The notes: a model not told the origin generated them from the letters alone. A DNA stretch of 64,000 nt from Thermoplasmata archaeon (GCA_022749895.1 JAKIWS010000005.1:8827-72826); one strand, 5' to 3'. Shown: positions 38,201-48,046, counted from the first letter of the stretch. A program made the numbers and translations.

Positions 38201-38305
38201 TCGGCGACGTGGATCGACTCGTCGACCCTCAACACCAACATCACCATCGGGGGCGGCGGGGACGAGCTGTTCTTCAACGTGCAAGGGAACGGCGTCGCAG
38301 GCTAG
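35291..38305 (+). CDS. ABC peptide-binding protein, paralog of 16744..19809, with class III signal peptide and PKD domain
   Basis: RSRRG|LSSIAGVIVIVVVLAL; SEDPAIDYETAG; LGWAPDYPDPTDY; colinear with the first copy. Confidence 0.85.
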   Translation: MSYVGRRRMGFNGPRSRRGLSSIAGVIVIVVVLALMGVTTYALTGGFSKTPPPACAPAASPVCTASLNLHDVSVLLPYRSVQEGANVPVTASVPNGEVVSNYFFNFGDTSNVSSRDATSTHVYAVPGIYLIVVLAKVNGVLHDNIQGLVQIVVSATFTSNTAGNLPSVSGSIVSNSTTTASQKGATAVLLPQQSVTLSAAYTAAPTNPAYTILKPSFVVGGGLTSTFVITNTSAIATVTAATPGLHTVTFVGGAQSGNLTAWQNFTWNVFVAPPSVHAGVTGQQHHKSPHAGSIIAYELVPGGSASEDPAIDYETAGAEAIYNVYQPLITYNGTQVGPDPNSFVPVLATCVPGSAQCQRMYSSTLVSGTDYTFVINPNSSFYDPSTQNHWGVWPTDVVFSIARTVGFANLPCVSCNPGWIIAQALLDPGNPGWSNLHSSFNNTPLPVFNSMTINESGVCTTVMMDPATGHGCVTFHAHGHGNAWPYFLELMADPLGGGIVPCGWFSASSQGAGIPFWTAGNVTGAGDQPCGAPGSPGWGRAPANIPPLGWDQWEQLGSGAFGTYLGHVQWNMLGSGPYYMSQFVLGVSFTLQANPAYSQNPYCTWSGCEPKPGTFAKTVDVSWETSATPGEQAASSGVADFASIPSADIALLLELIQQGKVQTINAPTITIAFYPFNLNFNLGGAQKYTSNPITVNNDWFSYLGMRQLFERAYPYTTIANTLQTKDGLVLSFNYGGAIPQYMANYYPTNIPWPNTDPCTDASKVACPAYWWAQLHNTSGPYFDPEVLRCSSGNPCSLPMFGGTGSASNDQRMALWAASVNTVTGGAVVVNPVDINFVDILINAAAGPGVNSLPTYALGWAPDYPDPTDYVNPLYLPNATYTFGDAVMQQLWQTQFASNCAHPTSDYLYYANNSFPQSCQGVAYKAMLVALGLASTAPAGPARVLLYDYAEKIAYQLALYTYTGQGNLIYPSATWIDSSTLNTNITIGGGGDELFFNVQGNGVAG

Positions 38306-38350
38306 GCGCGCGCGGATAGGCTCTTAATCCAAAACCCATCTCGCGCGGGC

Positions 38351-39880
38351 GTGGCGGACCCGCCGGACGACCCCGGACCGGCCGCTTCCGCGATCACGCT
38401 CTCCGACAGCGAGCGCCGGCTCCTCGTCGCGCTGCGCGACCTAACACAAGGTCCCGCGAGCGAGGAGGAACTCGCCGCGACGACCGGCCTCCCCGCCGAC
38501 CACGTACGCGGTTCGCTGCAACGGCTCCGGTCGAAGCACCTGGCGGTCGTGGACGAACAACACGCCTCGCGCCCGGTGCTCACGGCCCGTGGGCGGGCGG
38601 CCCAGGAGGTCGGACTCCCGGAACGTCGTCTCCTTCGGTTCTTGACCGACCTGAAGCTGCCGATCGGTCCCGAGGATCTGCCGAGCGGACTCCTAACGCC
38701 GGACGAACGCTCTCCGGCGATCGGCTTGCTCCGGCGCTACGGGTACCTTGCCGAGGGGGTGCCCTTGCGACTCCGGCCGGAATCACCACCGGCCTCTACG
38801 CCGCTGCCGGACGAGATCGCGCTCGAAGCGGTGGCGAGCGGGGGGGTGGACCTGGCCACGGCCGGGTCGGGTTCCCCCCGCCGACGCGGCCTCGTCGAGG
38901 TCGAACGAACGACCGCCCGTCGCTGGGCGGCCTCCGAGGAAGGGCGACAGCTCCCGATGGCCGCGGGGAACGCCACGCTGCAAGGCGCCGTGACCCCGGC
39001 GCTGCTGCGCGACGGGGGGTGGGAGGATGCGGCGTTCCGGCCGTACGACGTCCGCGCGACGGTCCCGTTCGTGACCGGGCCGCGTCCCCATCCGTACGCG
39101 ACCTGGCTCCGACAGTTCGAGGAGATCCTCGTGGGGCTGGGGTTCAGCGAGGCGCGCGGACCGCTGCTCGAGACGGAGTTCTGGAACGGGGATGTCCTGT
39201 TCATGCCGCAGGAACATCCGGCAAGGTCGATCCACGACGTCCTTTCGGTGGAGGGGGTCGTCGGTCATCCGCCCGCGGCCGACCTCCTGGAGAAGGTCGC
39301 GGCGGCGCACGAAGGCCGGCCGCTCCCGGGCGAGAGCCGTCCCATGAGCCCCGGTTGGCGGGCCTCGTACGACCGAGCGTTCGCCGCCCGGCCCGTGTTG
39401 CGGTCCCAGACGACCGCCGTCTCCGCCCGGTTCATGGCCGCCAACCCGGAGCCACCGTTCCGGGTCTACTGCCTCGACCGGAACTTCCGCCGCGACGCGG
39501 TCGACGCTACGCACCACATCGAGTTCGCCCAGTGCGAGGGGATCCTCGGCGAGGAGGGCGTCACGCTGCGCCATCTCGTCGGCGTCTTCCAAGCGCTCAC
39601 GGACGCGCTCGGCCTGGGCGAGCTCAAGATCCGGCCGAGCTATTTCCCGTTCACCGAGCCGTCGATCGAGGGGTACGTCCGCCACCCGCGCTTGGGCTGG
39701 ATCGAGGTGTTCCCGGGCGGCCTCTTCCGGCCGGAGGTGCTGCGGCCGCTCGGCGTCCGCGTGCCGGTCGCGGCCTGGGGGATCGGCGTGATGCGGCTCG
39801 CGATGATCGCCCTCGGCGTCGACGATATCCGGCAGGTCTACGACGACGACTTGGGCCGGCTGCGCGGCGAGGAGTCGTAG
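38351..39880 (+). CDS. pheS: Phenylalanine-tRNA ligase alpha subunit
   Basis: LFMPQEHPAR, LRSQTT, DATHHIEF, RPSYFPFTEPS, AWGIG. Confidence 0.95.
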   Translation: MADPPDDPGPAASAITLSDSERRLLVALRDLTQGPASEEELAATTGLPADHVRGSLQRLRSKHLAVVDEQHASRPVLTARGRAAQEVGLPERRLLRFLTDLKLPIGPEDLPSGLLTPDERSPAIGLLRRYGYLAEGVPLRLRPESPPASTPLPDEIALEAVASGGVDLATAGSGSPRRRGLVEVERTTARRWAASEEGRQLPMAAGNATLQGAVTPALLRDGGWEDAAFRPYDVRATVPFVTGPRPHPYATWLRQFEEILVGLGFSEARGPLLETEFWNGDVLFMPQEHPARSIHDVLSVEGVVGHPPAADLLEKVAAAHEGRPLPGESRPMSPGWRASYDRAFAARPVLRSQTTAVSARFMAANPEPPFRVYCLDRNFRRDAVDATHHIEFAQCEGILGEEGVTLRHLVGVFQALTDALGLGELKIRPSYFPFTEPSIEGYVRHPRLGWIEVFPGGLFRPEVLRPLGVRVPVAAWGIGVMRLAMIALGVDDIRQVYDDDLGRLRGEES

Positions 39881-39883
39881 GCC

Positions 39884-41593
39884 GTGCCCCGCGCCCAGCT
39901 CTCGGCGGCCCGTCTGCTCGCGGCCGCCGGTACGAGCGACGCCGCGAAGGTGCGCGACCTCCTGGCGACTTCGAAGGCCGAGGTTGACGTCTGGTCGGGC
40001 GATGAGCTGACGATCGAGGCGACGCCGGACCGGCTCGACCTCCTGAACGAGGGCGGACTCGGTCTCGAACTCGCCGGCGCCCTCGGACAGGCGAGCGGGC
40101 TTCCCCCCTTGGAGCTCATCGCGGGCGCCGTCGCGCCCACCATCACGGTGAGTCCGACCGTCGTTCCGTTACGGCCGTACATCGCCGGGGTCGTCGTGGA
40201 GGCGCCCGGAACTTCCCGGCTCGACCAGCCCCTCCTCGACGAGGCGGTCCGGTTCCAGGAGCTGCTCCATACAGCGGCCGCCGGACATCGGCGATGGGCG
40301 AGCTTCGGGATCTACCCGTGGGACCACGGCGCGACCTCGATCCGGTACTCGATGGAGCCGATCTCGGCAGTGACGATCCGGCCCCTCGACGGCGACCGAG
40401 CGATCGCGGGCGAGGAGTTCTTCCGCGACCATGCGATGGCGCTCAAGTTCGGCGATCTCGGACGCCTCGACGGGGCCTGCCTCACCTTGCGGGACGGGGC
40501 CGGCGCGCTCCTCAGCCTGCCCCCGATCCTGAACGCGCGACCGGGCGGGGAGGCCCGCGCCGGGGACCGACGCCTCCTTCTCGAATCGACCGGGACCCGA
40601 CCGGCGCGGGTCACGGACGGTCTCGGGCTCCTGATGAGCGTCTTCGTCGCCCGCGGATGGCGGCTCGCGGCCGTCGCGGTGGAGGGCGGGGCGGCGGGCG
40701 GCGACGGAACGGCGTTCGTCCGACCCCGCGAGCTGCGCCTCTCGTCCGGCGAGCTCGCCGCCGCGACGGGCCTCGACCTACCCGCAGGAGAAGTCGTCCG
40801 CCTCTTCGGTCGCGCGCGGCTCGACGCACAGGCCGATCCGGACGGATGGACCGTCGGGACGCCGCCCTGGCGTCCGGACCTCCTCGCCGCGCCGGATCTC
40901 GTCGAGGAGATCGTCAACGCGCGCGGCGTGGCGCCGAGCGACGCGATCGTCCCCCCGAGCCGCACGCTCGGGCGGCGGCGCGCCGAAACGATGTTCCAGG
41001 ACCAGGTCGAGCTCCTCCTGCTCGGTCTGGGGTTCCAGCCCCTCGTGACCACGGTCATGGTGCCGGAATCGTCGGTCGCGTTGCTCGGACGCACGTCCCC
41101 GATCGCGATCGTGCACCCCGTCTCGGACCTGTTTTCCCGGCTCCGAGATACGATGCTCCTCTCGTTGGTCGGCAGCCTTGCGCGCAACGTCCGCCATCCA
41201 TACCCTCAGCGGATCGCGGAGGTGGGGCCCGTGATCGTACGCGCGGACGCCGAAGAGTCCGGAGCGTCGACGCGCTACCACGCGGGGGCGGTCATCGCGG
41301 CCGACGGGGCCGGGTTTGCCGACGCGGCCGCGCTCGTCGACTATCTTATGGCCCGTCTGGGCGCGCGCGGCGTGCGCGAACCGGCGACGGTTCCGGGAAC
41401 GATCCCCGGCCGGGCGGCGCGGGTGCGCTTGGCCGGGGAGGCGGTGGCCGAGGTCGGAGAGATCGAGCCTCGGGTCATCGCCGCGCTCGGAGTCCCGGTC
41501 CCGGTCGCCTGGGCGGAGCTCGACCTGACGGCGTTGTGGCCCCTCTTCCGCCGAGAACGATCTACCCCGCCCACGCCCTCCTCCACCCGTTAA
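39884..41593 (+). CDS. pheT: Phenylalanine-tRNA ligase beta subunit
   Basis: TPDRLDLL, RPYIAG, LSLPPILN, PPWRPDLL..DLVEEI; directly follows pheS. Confidence 0.9.
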   Translation: MPRAQLSAARLLAAAGTSDAAKVRDLLATSKAEVDVWSGDELTIEATPDRLDLLNEGGLGLELAGALGQASGLPPLELIAGAVAPTITVSPTVVPLRPYIAGVVVEAPGTSRLDQPLLDEAVRFQELLHTAAAGHRRWASFGIYPWDHGATSIRYSMEPISAVTIRPLDGDRAIAGEEFFRDHAMALKFGDLGRLDGACLTLRDGAGALLSLPPILNARPGGEARAGDRRLLLESTGTRPARVTDGLGLLMSVFVARGWRLAAVAVEGGAAGGDGTAFVRPRELRLSSGELAAATGLDLPAGEVVRLFGRARLDAQADPDGWTVGTPPWRPDLLAAPDLVEEIVNARGVAPSDAIVPPSRTLGRRRAETMFQDQVELLLLGLGFQPLVTTVMVPESSVALLGRTSPIAIVHPVSDLFSRLRDTMLLSLVGSLARNVRHPYPQRIAEVGPVIVRADAEESGASTRYHAGAVIAADGAGFADAAALVDYLMARLGARGVREPATVPGTIPGRAARVRLAGEAVAEVGEIEPRVIAALGVPVPVAWAELDLTALWPLFRRERSTPPTPSSTR

Positions 41594-41617
41594 ATACGCA
41601 CCCCCGCTCGCAACGCG

Positions 41618-43285
41618 ATGGCACCCCGGACTCGTCGCACCCCGGGGGCCAAAGCGCGCTGGGAGCGGGAAGCGCGGGCCGCGTTGGGCCCGGATTACGA
41701 GGGAGGATCCGTGCCTCTGCTCGTCGACGCCCCCGTCGACCCGAACGAGGAGTACCTGGGGAAGTTGGGCTTTCCCGGTGCGCTACCTCTCACACGCGGT
41801 ATCCAGCCCACAATGTACCGCGGGCGTCTCTGGACGTTCCGGCAGTATTCGGGGTACGGCAGTTCCACCGAGACGAACCGTCGGTTCCGGTACCTGCTCG
41901 AGGGGGGCCAGACCGGGCTCTCCGTCGCGTTCGACCTTCCGACCCAGATCGGCTACGATTCCGACCATGCACGGGCCAAGGGCGAGGTCGGCCGGAGCGG
42001 GGTCGCGATCACCACGGTCGGGGACATGCGGAGCCTGTTCGACCAGATCCCGTTGGATCAGGCGACGGTGTCGATGACGATCAACGCGACGGCGCCGATC
42101 CTGACCGCGCTCCTCGTCGCCGTCGCCGAGGAGCAGGGGGTTCCCCGCGCCCGGCTGGGCGGCACGGTCCAGAACGACATCCTGAAGGAGTACATCGCCC
42201 GCGGGACGTACATCTACCCGCCCGGCCCGTCGATCCGGCTCGCCGTCGACCTGATCGAGTTCGCGACGAAGGAGATGCCGCAATGGAACTACATCTCCGT
42301 CTCGGGCTACCACATGCGGGAGGCCGGGGCGACCGCGGCCCAGGAGGTCGCCTTCACCGTCGCGAACGCGATCGCGTACGTCCGGGCGATCACCGCGCGG
42401 GGCCTCGACCTGGATGAGATCCTCCCGCGCCTCTCGTTCTTCTTCTCCTCCGACCGGAATTTCCTCGAGGAGGTCGCGAAGTTCCGGGCCGCGCGACGCC
42501 TGTGGGCCGACATCGCGAAGAACGAACTGGGGGCGAAGAAGGCCCGCTCGTGGCCGATGCGCTTTCACACCCAGACGGCGGGGTCGTCGCTGACGGCCCA
42601 GCAGCCCGAGCTCAACGTCGTCCGCACGACCTTGGAGGCCCTCGCCGCCGTCCTCGGAGGGACCCAGTCGCTGCACACGAATGCGCTCGATGAGGCGATC
42701 GGGCTCCCGACGGCCCCCGCCGCACGCCTCGCGCTGCGGACGCAACAGCTCGTGGCCGAGGAGTCCGGCGTCCCCTCGACCGTCGACCCGCTCGGGGGCG
42801 CTTACGCGATCGAGTACCTCACCGACCGGGTGGAAAGCGAGGCCCGGGAGTATCTCGCCCGCATCGAGGCGATGGGCGGTTCCCTCGTGGCGGTCGAGCG
42901 CGGCTTCTTCCAATCGGAGATCGCCAACGAGGCGTACCGCGTCGCGCGAGCCCGCGAGGCGAAGACGGAGGTCGTCGTGGGGGTCAACGAGTTCACCGAC
43001 GGCAACTCTCGTTTCTCGCTGGTGGGAAAGCGGGGCCAGGGTCGCCGCCTCAAGATCGGACAGGGGCCGGAGCTCGAACAGAAGCGCCGACTCGCCACGT
43101 GGAAGAGCGAGAGGAACGCGAGCGCGACGGCCGACGCCCTCGCCACGCTCCGCCGGGATACGGAAGCGGGAAAGAACGTGATGAGCCCGCTCCTGGCGGC
43201 GCTCCGGGCCGGCGCGACGCTCGGGGAGGTCGCCGGGCAATGGCGGGAGATCTTCGGTGAGTACACTCCGTCCCGGGCCTTCTAG
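41618..43285 (+). CDS. mcmA: Methylmalonyl-CoA mutase, large (substrate-binding) subunit
   Basis: WTFRQYSG (Tyr specificity residue), GLSVAFDLPT, QNDILKEYIARGTY, GGTQSLHTN; no B12-binding domain. Confidence 0.9.
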   Translation: MAPRTRRTPGAKARWEREARAALGPDYEGGSVPLLVDAPVDPNEEYLGKLGFPGALPLTRGIQPTMYRGRLWTFRQYSGYGSSTETNRRFRYLLEGGQTGLSVAFDLPTQIGYDSDHARAKGEVGRSGVAITTVGDMRSLFDQIPLDQATVSMTINATAPILTALLVAVAEEQGVPRARLGGTVQNDILKEYIARGTYIYPPGPSIRLAVDLIEFATKEMPQWNYISVSGYHMREAGATAAQEVAFTVANAIAYVRAITARGLDLDEILPRLSFFFSSDRNFLEEVAKFRAARRLWADIAKNELGAKKARSWPMRFHTQTAGSSLTAQQPELNVVRTTLEALAAVLGGTQSLHTNALDEAIGLPTAPAARLALRTQQLVAEESGVPSTVDPLGGAYAIEYLTDRVESEAREYLARIEAMGGSLVAVERGFFQSEIANEAYRVARAREAKTEVVVGVNEFTDGNSRFSLVGKRGQGRRLKIGQGPELEQKRRLATWKSERNASATADALATLRRDTEAGKNVMSPLLAALRAGATLGEVAGQWREIFGEYTPSRAF

Positions 43286-43292
43286 GGATGCT

Positions 43293-43688
43293 GTGAACGT
43301 CGATCATCTTGGCATCGCGGTCCCCGACCTCGCCCGGGCGACCGCCCTCTGGGCCCCCGCGCTCGGAGTGGGGACCCCGCCGGTGGAAGAGGTCGCTTCC
43401 CAGAAGGTGCGCGTCGCCTTCCTCGAGGTGGGTGGAGTCCATTTGGAGCTCCTCGAGCCGACCTCTCCGGATTCCGCGGTCGGTCGGTTCCTGGAAAGTC
43501 GAGGGCCCGGACTCCACCACCTCGCGTTCGCGGTGCCGAGCGTCAACGATGCGCTGGCCGCCGCCGAGCGACGCGGCCAGCGTCTGATCGACCGGACGGC
43601 GCGCGTCGGAGCGCGCGGTCGTCGGGTCGGCTTCGTTCATCCGAGCGGCTTCGAGGGCGTGCTCGTCGAGTACGTGGAGGGTCCCTGA
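43293..43688 (+). CDS. mce: Methylmalonyl-CoA epimerase
   Basis: DHLGIAV, LELLEP, GPGLHHLAF, FVHP..GVLVE; next to the mutase. Confidence 0.92.
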   Translation: MNVDHLGIAVPDLARATALWAPALGVGTPPVEEVASQKVRVAFLEVGGVHLELLEPTSPDSAVGRFLESRGPGLHHLAFAVPSVNDALAAAERRGQRLIDRTARVGARGRRVGFVHPSGFEGVLVEYVEGP

Positions 43689-44899
43689 GCGCGATCAAGC
43701 ACGTGAGCTTGCGGCTCATCTACGATAGCCGCGGAGCGGCCACCGTCGAAGCGACCGTGGTGGCCGAGAGCGGCGCGCGATCGAGCGTGGGCGCCCCGAG
43801 CGGAGCCAGCACCGGTACCCACGAGGTCCGCGCGTGGCCAGAGGGTGGCGTGCCCACCGCGTTGGAAGCCTTCCGCCGCTGGGGCACCCCGACGCTCGTC
43901 GGTCTCCCGGTCGACGACCAGGCCCGGGTCGACGCGGCATTGCATGCGGCCGACGGTTCGCGCGATTTCTCCCAGATCGGGGGGAACACGGCGACCGCGC
44001 TCTCCGTCGCCACCGCCGAGGCGGCCGCGCGCGAGCGGGGAATTCCGCTGTGGGAGCTGCTCCAGCGACCGGGGGTCCCGGGGACCGCTTTCCCGGCGAT
44101 CGTCGGCAACTGCCTCAACGGCGGCCGGCACGCGATCGGTGGCCCGGATATCCAGGAGTTCCACGCCGTGGCCCGGGGTCCCCCGGCCGACGCGATCCGC
44201 GGGGCGCTCGCGGTCCACGCGGAGGTCGGGCGCCGTCTCAAGGCCCAGTTCCCGAAGCTCGCGCTCGGTCGGGGCGACGAGGGCGGCTGGGTGGCCCCGA
44301 TCGACAACGTCGAAGCGGTCGAGCTCCTCGCCGCGTCGTGCACGGCGGTGCGCGACCAGCTCAAGGTCGACGTGACGCCGGGGCTCGACCTCGCGGCGAC
44401 CGAGTTCTACCGGGACGGTCGGTACCGGTACCACGGCCACACGGTCGATACCGAAGGCCAGCTCGACTTCGTGACGAAGCTCGTCGAACGGTTCGGCCTC
44501 ACCTACGTCGAGGACCCGTTCGAGGAGGAGGCGTTCGACGCGTTTCACCGTTTGACGGAGGCGGTCGGGCGGAAGGCGCTCATCGTCGGGGACGACCTCT
44601 ACACCACGAGTCTCCCGCGCGTCCTCGAAGGGGACCGACGTCACTCGACGAACGCGGTGCTGATCAAAGTCAACCAGGTCGGCACCCTGACCGATGCGCT
44701 CGCGACCGTCGACTTTGCCCGGGCCCATGGGATGGTGCCGGTCGTTTCGCATCGTTCCGGCGACGTCCCGGACGGGTGGCTCGCCCATCTCGCCCTCGCG
44801 ACGGCGGCGTCGGGGCTGAAATGCGGACTTCTCGGCGGCGAACGGGTGGCAAAGCTAAATGAACTCCTTCGTCTCGGCGCGCCCCCAGAGACCCCTTGA
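43685..44899 (+). CDS. eno: Enolase; probable CTG start (alternative GTG 43703)
   Basis: DSRG..TVE, PSGASTG, GDEGG, IVGDDL, IKVNQVGT, SHRSG. Confidence 0.93.
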   Translation: MSAIKHVSLRLIYDSRGAATVEATVVAESGARSSVGAPSGASTGTHEVRAWPEGGVPTALEAFRRWGTPTLVGLPVDDQARVDAALHAADGSRDFSQIGGNTATALSVATAEAAARERGIPLWELLQRPGVPGTAFPAIVGNCLNGGRHAIGGPDIQEFHAVARGPPADAIRGALAVHAEVGRRLKAQFPKLALGRGDEGGWVAPIDNVEAVELLAASCTAVRDQLKVDVTPGLDLAATEFYRDGRYRYHGHTVDTEGQLDFVTKLVERFGLTYVEDPFEEEAFDAFHRLTEAVGRKALIVGDDLYTTSLPRVLEGDRRHSTNAVLIKVNQVGTLTDALATVDFARAHGMVPVVSHRSGDVPDGWLAHLALATAASGLKCGLLGGERVAKLNELLRLGAPPETP

Positions 44900-45553
44900 A
44901 TGAACGGCGACGACGCGATCGGCGAGAACATGGAGGCCCAGAGCGAGGGCCAGGACACGCGTCCCGGAGAGCTCCTCGTTCCCGAAGAGACCTACCTCAC
45001 GTCCGGGGTCCACATCGGCACCCAACAGAAGTCCGCGAGCATGCGGAAGTTCATCTTCAAGATCCGGTACGACGGCCTCCATGTCCTCGACATCCGCGAG
45101 ACCGACCGGAGGATTCGGCTCGCCGCGAAGTTCCTCGCCGCGTACCCACCGGGGAAGATCCTCGCGGTCTCCCAGCGGCAGTACGGGCAGAAACCGGTGC
45201 GGATCTTCGCCAAAGCGATCGGGGCCGTATCGTACGCGGAGCGGTTCGTGCCGGGCTGTCTCACCAATCCGAACCTGGCCGACTACATCGAGCCCAAGGT
45301 GATCGTCGTGACCGACCCGGCGACCGACCAGCAGGCGCTCAGCGAAGCGGTCTCGATCGGCATTCCGGTGGTCGGGCTCTGCGACGTCAACAACGAGACC
45401 CGGAACGTCGACCTGGTAATCCCGGTCAACAACAAAGGACGACTCGCCCTCGCGACGGTCTACTGGCTGCTCGCGCGCGAGATCGTGAACGCCCGCGCCG
45501 AAGGCGGCGAGCCGTTCACGCTCACGATCGAGGATTTCCAAGCGGCCCTTTGA
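44900..45553 (+). CDS. rps2: 30S ribosomal protein S2
   Basis: [27 protein letters not shown]. Confidence 0.96.
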   Translation: MNGDDAIGENMEAQSEGQDTRPGELLVPEETYLTSGVHIGTQQKSASMRKFIFKIRYDGLHVLDIRETDRRIRLAAKFLAAYPPGKILAVSQRQYGQKPVRIFAKAIGAVSYAERFVPGCLTNPNLADYIEPKVIVVTDPATDQQALSEAVSIGIPVVGLCDVNNETRNVDLVIPVNNKGRLALATVYWLLAREIVNARAEGGEPFTLTIEDFQAAL

Positions 45554-45621
45554 CCGCATAAGTCCTCGCCCACGTGTTCGTTCCCCGCCACGGCTTTATG
45601 GCATAGGACGGTCAAAGCGAC

Positions 45622-46896
45622 GTGGGGCGAGGCGGGCGCAGCCTCCACGGGCTCCTGCTGGAGGACGGCGTGCCCGACCGGGGCGCGCGCATCTATCTCG
45701 CCGCCTGCCGTGAAGGTCCGCTGACGGCCTCCGAATTGGCCCGGCGCGCGCAACTCAACCGGGTCGACGCCTACCGGTTCATCCGGCAGCTTGTCGCGAA
45801 CGGTCTCCTCCGGTCGACGAACGGTCGCCCCATGCGCTTTGCGCCGCTTCCCCCGGAGCAGTTCTTGGACCGGGTCCACCACAAAGCCGCCGAGAAGGTC
45901 GAAGAGCTCGAGGGTGAGCGCGAGCGGATCCTCCTCGGTTGGCGGGAAGCCCTCGTCTCCCCGGACGGCGCCGATGACCGGCGGTTCACGGTCCTCGAAG
46001 GCGCCGACGAGGCGTTCCGGTTCTTGAAGCGGAAGGTCGGCGCGGCCGAGAAGGAACTCCAGATGTGCGGCACCCGCGATTCCCTCGGCCGCGTGCTCGA
46101 TTTCGGTCTCGACCGGAGCCTCAAGGAGGCGCGCGCGCGCGGAGTGAAGCTCCGCCTCCTCGTCCACATCGAGGCCGACACCCTCCCCCTCGCGAAACAG
46201 TTCGAAAGTTTCGCCGAGATCCGTCACGCGCCCGTGCCGTTCGGCGTCCCGTCGCTCCAGATCGACCGGAACGGGCTCTTTGTGAACATCTCCGACCATT
46301 ACGCGAACGGAACGGCGGCGAAACCGCTCATCGGACTCTGGACGACCAGTCCGGAGCTGTTGCACAGCGGTCGCGAATTTTTCCGCCACGTCTGGTCGCG
46401 GTCGACCGACTACGCCGCGCGGCAGGTCGCCTTGGAGGCCCCGTCGGGCGCGACCCTGAACATCATCGCCGGGCACGAGGACGAAGGGATGTTCCGTCTC
46501 AAGGAGGTCGCCGAGCTCGGGATGCGGGCCGTCGGGATCGAGGAGCTCCGCCTCGACCTGGTCGGCTTGATCGACACCATCGGTCGTCAGCTCGGACGTG
46601 AAATCGGGGACCGGGTCACCGGCGAGACGCCGCCCGAGGTCGTCCGGGCGCTGACCGAGTACTATGCCTCCCACGCGATGGGCGCGGTCAGCGTGGTCAA
46701 GGACCGACCCCTCACGCTGCGCGTAACAGGATGCTTCGCCTCGCAATCCCCCTCCTCCGAGGTCGGCCGGTTGCTGTGTCCGGCGATCCTTGGAGCGGCC
46801 CTAGAGCGCCGATTGGGCTCGCGGTGGGCGGTATCGTCGAGCGATTTTGGGCGGGGTCGACGCGGCGGCTGTCTGTTCACAATCGTTCCGCCCTGA
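45622..46896 (+). CDS. TrmB-like transcriptional regulator with C-terminal V4R/MetOD1-like domain
   Basis: ARIYLA..GPLTASELAR..R..Y..L..GL..P..F TrmB wHTH; middle effector domain; C-terminal GCF..LCP..GCLF. Confidence 0.75.
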   Translation: MGRGGRSLHGLLLEDGVPDRGARIYLAACREGPLTASELARRAQLNRVDAYRFIRQLVANGLLRSTNGRPMRFAPLPPEQFLDRVHHKAAEKVEELEGERERILLGWREALVSPDGADDRRFTVLEGADEAFRFLKRKVGAAEKELQMCGTRDSLGRVLDFGLDRSLKEARARGVKLRLLVHIEADTLPLAKQFESFAEIRHAPVPFGVPSLQIDRNGLFVNISDHYANGTAAKPLIGLWTTSPELLHSGREFFRHVWSRSTDYAARQVALEAPSGATLNIIAGHEDEGMFRLKEVAELGMRAVGIEELRLDLVGLIDTIGRQLGREIGDRVTGETPPEVVRALTEYYASHAMGAVSVVKDRPLTLRVTGCFASQSPSSEVGRLLCPAILGAALERRLGSRWAVSSSDFGRGRRGGCLFTIVPP

Positions 46897-46958
46897 CCGG
46901 CGCCCGGCTGGCGCGGCTCCCTAGTTCGGGAAGTCGCACGGCGTTGACCTGGTCGGCA

Positions 46959-47420
46959 TCACGCCGGACGCGGAGCGGTCGGTGCAGGCCCGGTGACGTA
47001 CAGCAACGTCCCGCAGAGGACCATCGCCCCGAGGAATCCCATCTCCATCCCGAAAGAGAACGCGTTGTTCTGCGTGAAGGTGAAGGCAAAACCTTCCTGG
47101 ACCGCGAACACCACCGAGATGAGCGCGGCGATTGAGATCCATTTCAGTCGCGGCAGCCGGGTACGGAAACCGAAACGGGCCAGAGCCACGCCGCCGATCA
47201 CCAGGAGGAACGCGGTCACGATGTGGACCGTGAGGATCGGTGCGAGGACGAACACCGCACCGAACGAACCGGGGATCGGTAGCGCGACGTAGAGATTCAG
47301 GAACAGACCGGTCGCGTTCTGGACGACGAGCAGGAACAGGGCAATCCACGCGAACCGGCGCAAGGACTGTAGATCGCCGACAGCGGGGTCACGGGGCTCC
47401 GCCGCGGAGATGTCGACCAA
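46959..47420 (-). CDS. Hypothetical membrane protein (~4 TM)
   Basis: Four hydrophobic segments. Confidence 0.65.
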   Translation of the reverse strand: MVDISAAEPRDPAVGDLQSLRRFAWIALFLLVVQNATGLFLNLYVALPIPGSFGAVFVLAPILTVHIVTAFLLVIGGVALARFGFRTRLPRLKWISIAALISVVFAVQEGFAFTFTQNNAFSFGMEMGFLGAMVLCGTLLYVTGPAPTAPRPA

Positions 47421-47464
47421 GCCTCCGGCCGAGATTTCCTTCGTCGCCCTGCTCGACCCGTCCG

Positions 47465-47848
47465 TTACGACTTCGTCCGCCGTCGGGCAGAGTTCTCGGC
47501 CGCCCGAGCCCGCACGATCCGTCGCACAAGGTCGTCGGGCAGCGGCTTCTCCGGGGTGAAGTGCAGGGTACCCTTCCCGGACTCGTACGGCTTCAGTTCC
47601 GCGGAGAATTTCCGCCGGACCTGCGCGCTCGCCACGAAGAGGCTCGCGTGGTCGCTGAACGCCGCGTAGTAGACCAGCATTCCATGGTGCCGGAACGCCG
47701 GCATCTGGTAGCTGATGACCTCGACTGCATCCGGGGCCGCCCCCCGAATGGTCTTGCGAAGTCCACGAAGCGCCGCACGATACTTCGGGGGCAACCGGGC
47801 CAGGTACTCGTCCACCGTCTTCGGGTGCTTTTCCGTGCGCGCGGCCAC
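47465..47848 (-). CDS. YdhG/DUF1801-family protein
   Basis: TVDEYLA..R..I..AAPDAVE.ISYQMP..KGTLHF..PLP. Confidence 0.85.
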   Translation of the reverse strand: MAARTEKHPKTVDEYLARLPPKYRAALRGLRKTIRGAAPDAVEVISYQMPAFRHHGMLVYYAAFSDHASLFVASAQVRRKFSAELKPYESGKGTLHFTPEKPLPDDLVRRIVRARAAENSARRRTKS

Positions 47849-48046
47849 GCGCCGCGACCGGAGCGGCCCTGATTAACAGTATCGATTCCGGCAGGGCCTT
47901 CGACGGAAGATCCTCCTCGAACAGCGTGGGTCGGGCGAGGTTCGAGGGGGAACCCTACCGGTCCGGGCCCTCGGGGGGATCTCTAGCAGAGAGCGAGGAG
48001 CCGGAACGCGCGGGTGGAATCCTCGCGCTCGCTCCGGGCGAAACCG

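Noticed and set aside
41618-43285. Isobutyryl- or 2-hydroxyisobutyryl-CoA mutase
   Set aside because: RQY (Tyr) and the YIARG Arg, plus the adjacent epimerase, indicate ordinary methylmalonyl-CoA mutase; a separately encoded B12 subunit is normal in archaea.
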